Assembly (NCBI GenBank): GCA_012026655.1
Contig: JAAILG010001848.1
Coordinates: 1-61,191 of the forward strand
Direction of reading: 5' to 3'
DNA length: 61,191 nucleotides
Source: Hydrolagus affinis
Taxonomy: Eukaryota
Shown in pieces: positions 60,869 to 61,191 of this stretch. Position 1 is the stretch's first letter; each line of letters opens with the position of its first letter. Under the pieces are notes generated by a model. The model saw only the letters and a list, made by a program, of their open reading frames with translations, had not been told where the DNA came from and made no database searches. The position numbers were made by a program, and so were the translations under genes.

Positions 60869-61191
60869 TCAATAATCAGTTTCAGGTTGAATTGAAGCCA
60901 GTGCCAAATTTACCAGCATCATCCAGGGCAGAGTGCAAGGACTGCAATCACAGTGCCTCTCCATTCTCAGGAGAGGTAACGGGATTCCTGCTGGGTCTCA
61001 TTCCTGATCACTGTATAATCAGCTCTTCACAAATCACTGCTTGTATAAAAGGCCCTGCACACAATTGGATACATGGCTGGGGTACTGATTTGAAAGGTTT
61101 GCAGGCACTTTGGAACATTTTGACACGAAAAGGAGTGATTTAAAATTCCTATGTCCTTGTCTGTGGAGGTAGGATAACGGACACAGGCAAA

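Overview
Vertebrate genomic DNA, most likely from a cartilaginous fish and probably a holocephalan (inferred from the Deu-domain SINEs, L2/CR1 LINE tails and Penelope-type fragments). Two protein-coding genes lie tail-to-tail. The terminal coding exon of TAF11 is on + (731-861). On -, 20 coding exons (exons 2-21 by human numbering, 52902 down to 10146) encode the bridge-like lipid transfer protein BLTP3A (UHRF1BP1). I traced every exon by hand: all have GT-AG boundaries and consistent phases, giving 4441 coding nt. Exon 1 was not found and is presumably beyond 61191. A long BLTP3A 3'UTR (possibly ~7.5 kb) probably fills much of 2630-10145. Introns are dense in 5'-truncated L2 and CR1 LINEs, at least three SINE families, several MITEs and two Penelope-type fragments with degenerate hammerhead ribozyme cores. 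There are two assembly gaps. Most ORFs in the supplied track are spurious or repeat-derived. I found no convincing wholly new biological system. The best leads are: an L2 insertion whose target-site duplication coincides with a branch point, hammerhead-core palindromes, a competing frame-shifting splice donor, inverted L2 pairs bracketing single exons, and LIR and 11-mer amphipathic motifs in BLTP3A. Repeat boundaries are approximate and family names come from recalled similarity, not database searches.
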